64,000 nt of DNA from Scenedesmus sp. PABB004 (taxonomy: Eukaryota). The stretch lies in the NCBI GenBank assembly GCA_014905635.1, contig JABVCE010000008.1, forward strand, positions 1,178,001 to 1,242,000, in the 5' to 3' direction. This document shows, in pieces, positions 62,585 through 64,000 of this stretch. The notes beneath the pieces are model-generated. The model saw nothing but the letters and a program-made list of their open reading frames with translations. It was not told the DNA's origin and ran no database searches. Within the stretch, counting starts at the first letter, position 1. Each line of letters opens with the position of its first letter. The translations under genes were made by a program, and so were the position numbers.

Positions 62585-64000
62585 GCCGCCGCCGCGCAGG
62601 TGTACGACGCCAAGCGCGGCGCGTTCACGGAGCTGGGCATGCTGGACGTGCAGCAGATCTTTGGCCGCGCGGGGCGGCCCCAGTTTGACACGAGCGGCGA
62701 GGCCAACATCATCACCGCGCACTCCAAGCTCGCACACTACCTCGGTGCGCCTCCGCCCCGCACGCACGCACGCTCGCAGGCCGGGCGGGGCCTTGCTGGC
62801 CGCGGCTCGGCTCGGCGCCGGGCCCCGGCGCGGCGCGGCGTGGCGCAGCGCGCGGGCCGCCGCTCGCTGCCGCGTGACGCCCCATCCCCCCCCCCCCCCC
62901 CCCCGCTCACACACACGCACACGCGCGCGCGCAGGCATGCTCACGCACGCGGTGCCGATCGAGAGCCAGTTCAAGAGCCTGCTGCCGGACAACCTCAACG
63001 CGGAGCTCGTCCTCGGCAGCGTGTCCAACGTGCGCGAGGCGGTCGCCTGGCTCGCCTACACCTACCTCGCCGTGCGCATGACCAAAAACCCGCTCGCCTA
63101 CGGCATCACCTACGAGCAGCTCCTGGTACGGGGGTTTAGGGGTTAGGGGTTAGGGTACGAGTTTAGGCCTAAACCCTAAACCCTACGACCAGCTGGCAAT
63201 CAGCGCGCAGCGCACAGCGCAGCACAGCGCGCCGCGCCCGCCCCGCCTAGCCCCGCCCGCGCCGACCGCTCGAGCGTGCGGCCGGCGAGCGAGCGCGCCC
63301 CGCCGCCGCGCCGCCGCCGCCGCCCGCGGTGCGCAGGCCGACCCCACGCTGTCGGAGCACAGCCGCGACCTCATCGTCGGCGCGGCGCGGCAGCTGCGCG
63401 ACGCCAAGATGGCCGTCTTTGACGACCGCACGGGCAACCTCTTTGTGACAGAGCTCGGCCGCGTCGCGAGCCACTACTACATACGGTGCGCCCCGCGGGG
63501 CCGCGCCCCGCGCGCCGCGCGCCAGTGGGGCGGCCGGCGGTGGCGCGCACCCGTGGGCGTGCCCCTCCGCCTCGCACGCCCTTTGCCTCACGCCCCGCTC
63601 GCCCGCGCCTGGCTCGCTCCCCCGGTTGACTCCCCCCCCCCCCCCCCACACACACACACACACACACTCACTGCCCCCCCCCCCCCGCCCGCCCACCCAC
63701 CCACACCGCCCACCCCCCCCCCTGCACCCCCCCTGCAGGTACCAGAGCATCCTCATCTTCAACGACCGCCTCAAGGAGCACATGACCTGGGCCGACGTGC
63801 TCGGCATGATCAGCCTCAGCTCAGAGTTTGAAAACATCATGGTCCGGTGAGGCGGAGGGGGGCCCACGGCGCCGGCAGCGCCGCCCTTGCCGGCGCGCTG
63901 CGCGGCGCGCGAGCACGCGCGCACGGCCGGCGGCGGCGCGGCGCCGCGCGCGCGCGTGCGCGCCCCGCCCGTCGCCCGGCTTCTCACGCGTGCCCTGTGC
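56937..64000 (+). CDS. ASCC3: ASCC3/Slh1 (DExH14-like) Ski2/Brr2-family helicase, 3' partial (23 exons in the window)
   Basis: [121 protein letters not shown]. Confidence 0.92.
61134..61265 (+). repeat. Intronic heptamer microsatellite (GCACGCC)n
   Basis: About 10 perfect copies plus degenerate copies in ASCC3 intron 14. Confidence 0.9.
61910..61926. repeat. Short interstitial telomeric repeat / telo-box in ASCC3 intron 17
   Basis: CCTAAACCCTAAACCCT about 11 nt after the donor. Confidence 0.75.
63132..63185. repeat. Inverted interstitial telomeric repeats in ASCC3 intron 21
   Basis: GGGTTTAGGGGTTAGGGGTTAGGG..GTTTAGG then CCTAAACCCTAAACCCTA. Confidence 0.85.

Overview
Very GC-rich, intron-dense eukaryotic nuclear DNA, most consistent with a chlorophycean green alga (TTTAGGG telomere motifs, TGTAA-type poly(A) signals, plastid-targeted PII with a Q-loop); the taxon is inferred. 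Most long ORFs in the six-frame track are GC shadows. Manual splicing gives about 16 protein-coding genes: AA15-like LPMO (partial), RAD16-like SNF2/RING helicase, mitochondrial uS5, PP2A B'' subunit, a PAM2/F-box/LRR/ankyrin protein, PII, PEX4-like E2, a renalase-like flavoprotein, a bZIP factor, calnexin, a large secreted multidomain protein, an LRR protein, a divergent BUD31, a GPR107/108-like 7TM protein, RAB6 and an ASCC3-like helicase (partial). There is also a 1571-bp tandem array carrying four tRNA-Pro(CGG) genes. The best leads are: (1) the secreted protein, which carries a bacterial-looking choice-of-anchor-X plus apparently inactivated clan-CD peptidase module on one long exon among phase-1 Cys-rich exons; (2) the tRNA array, with PEX4 pseudo-fragments and telomeric hairpins fused to the Pol III terminator; (3) about a quarter of introns using GC donors; (4) a BUD31 lacking 5 of 9 Zn ligands; (5) the PAM2-F-box-LRR-ankyrin architecture. 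All exon boundaries and domain calls are by eye and were not checked computationally.
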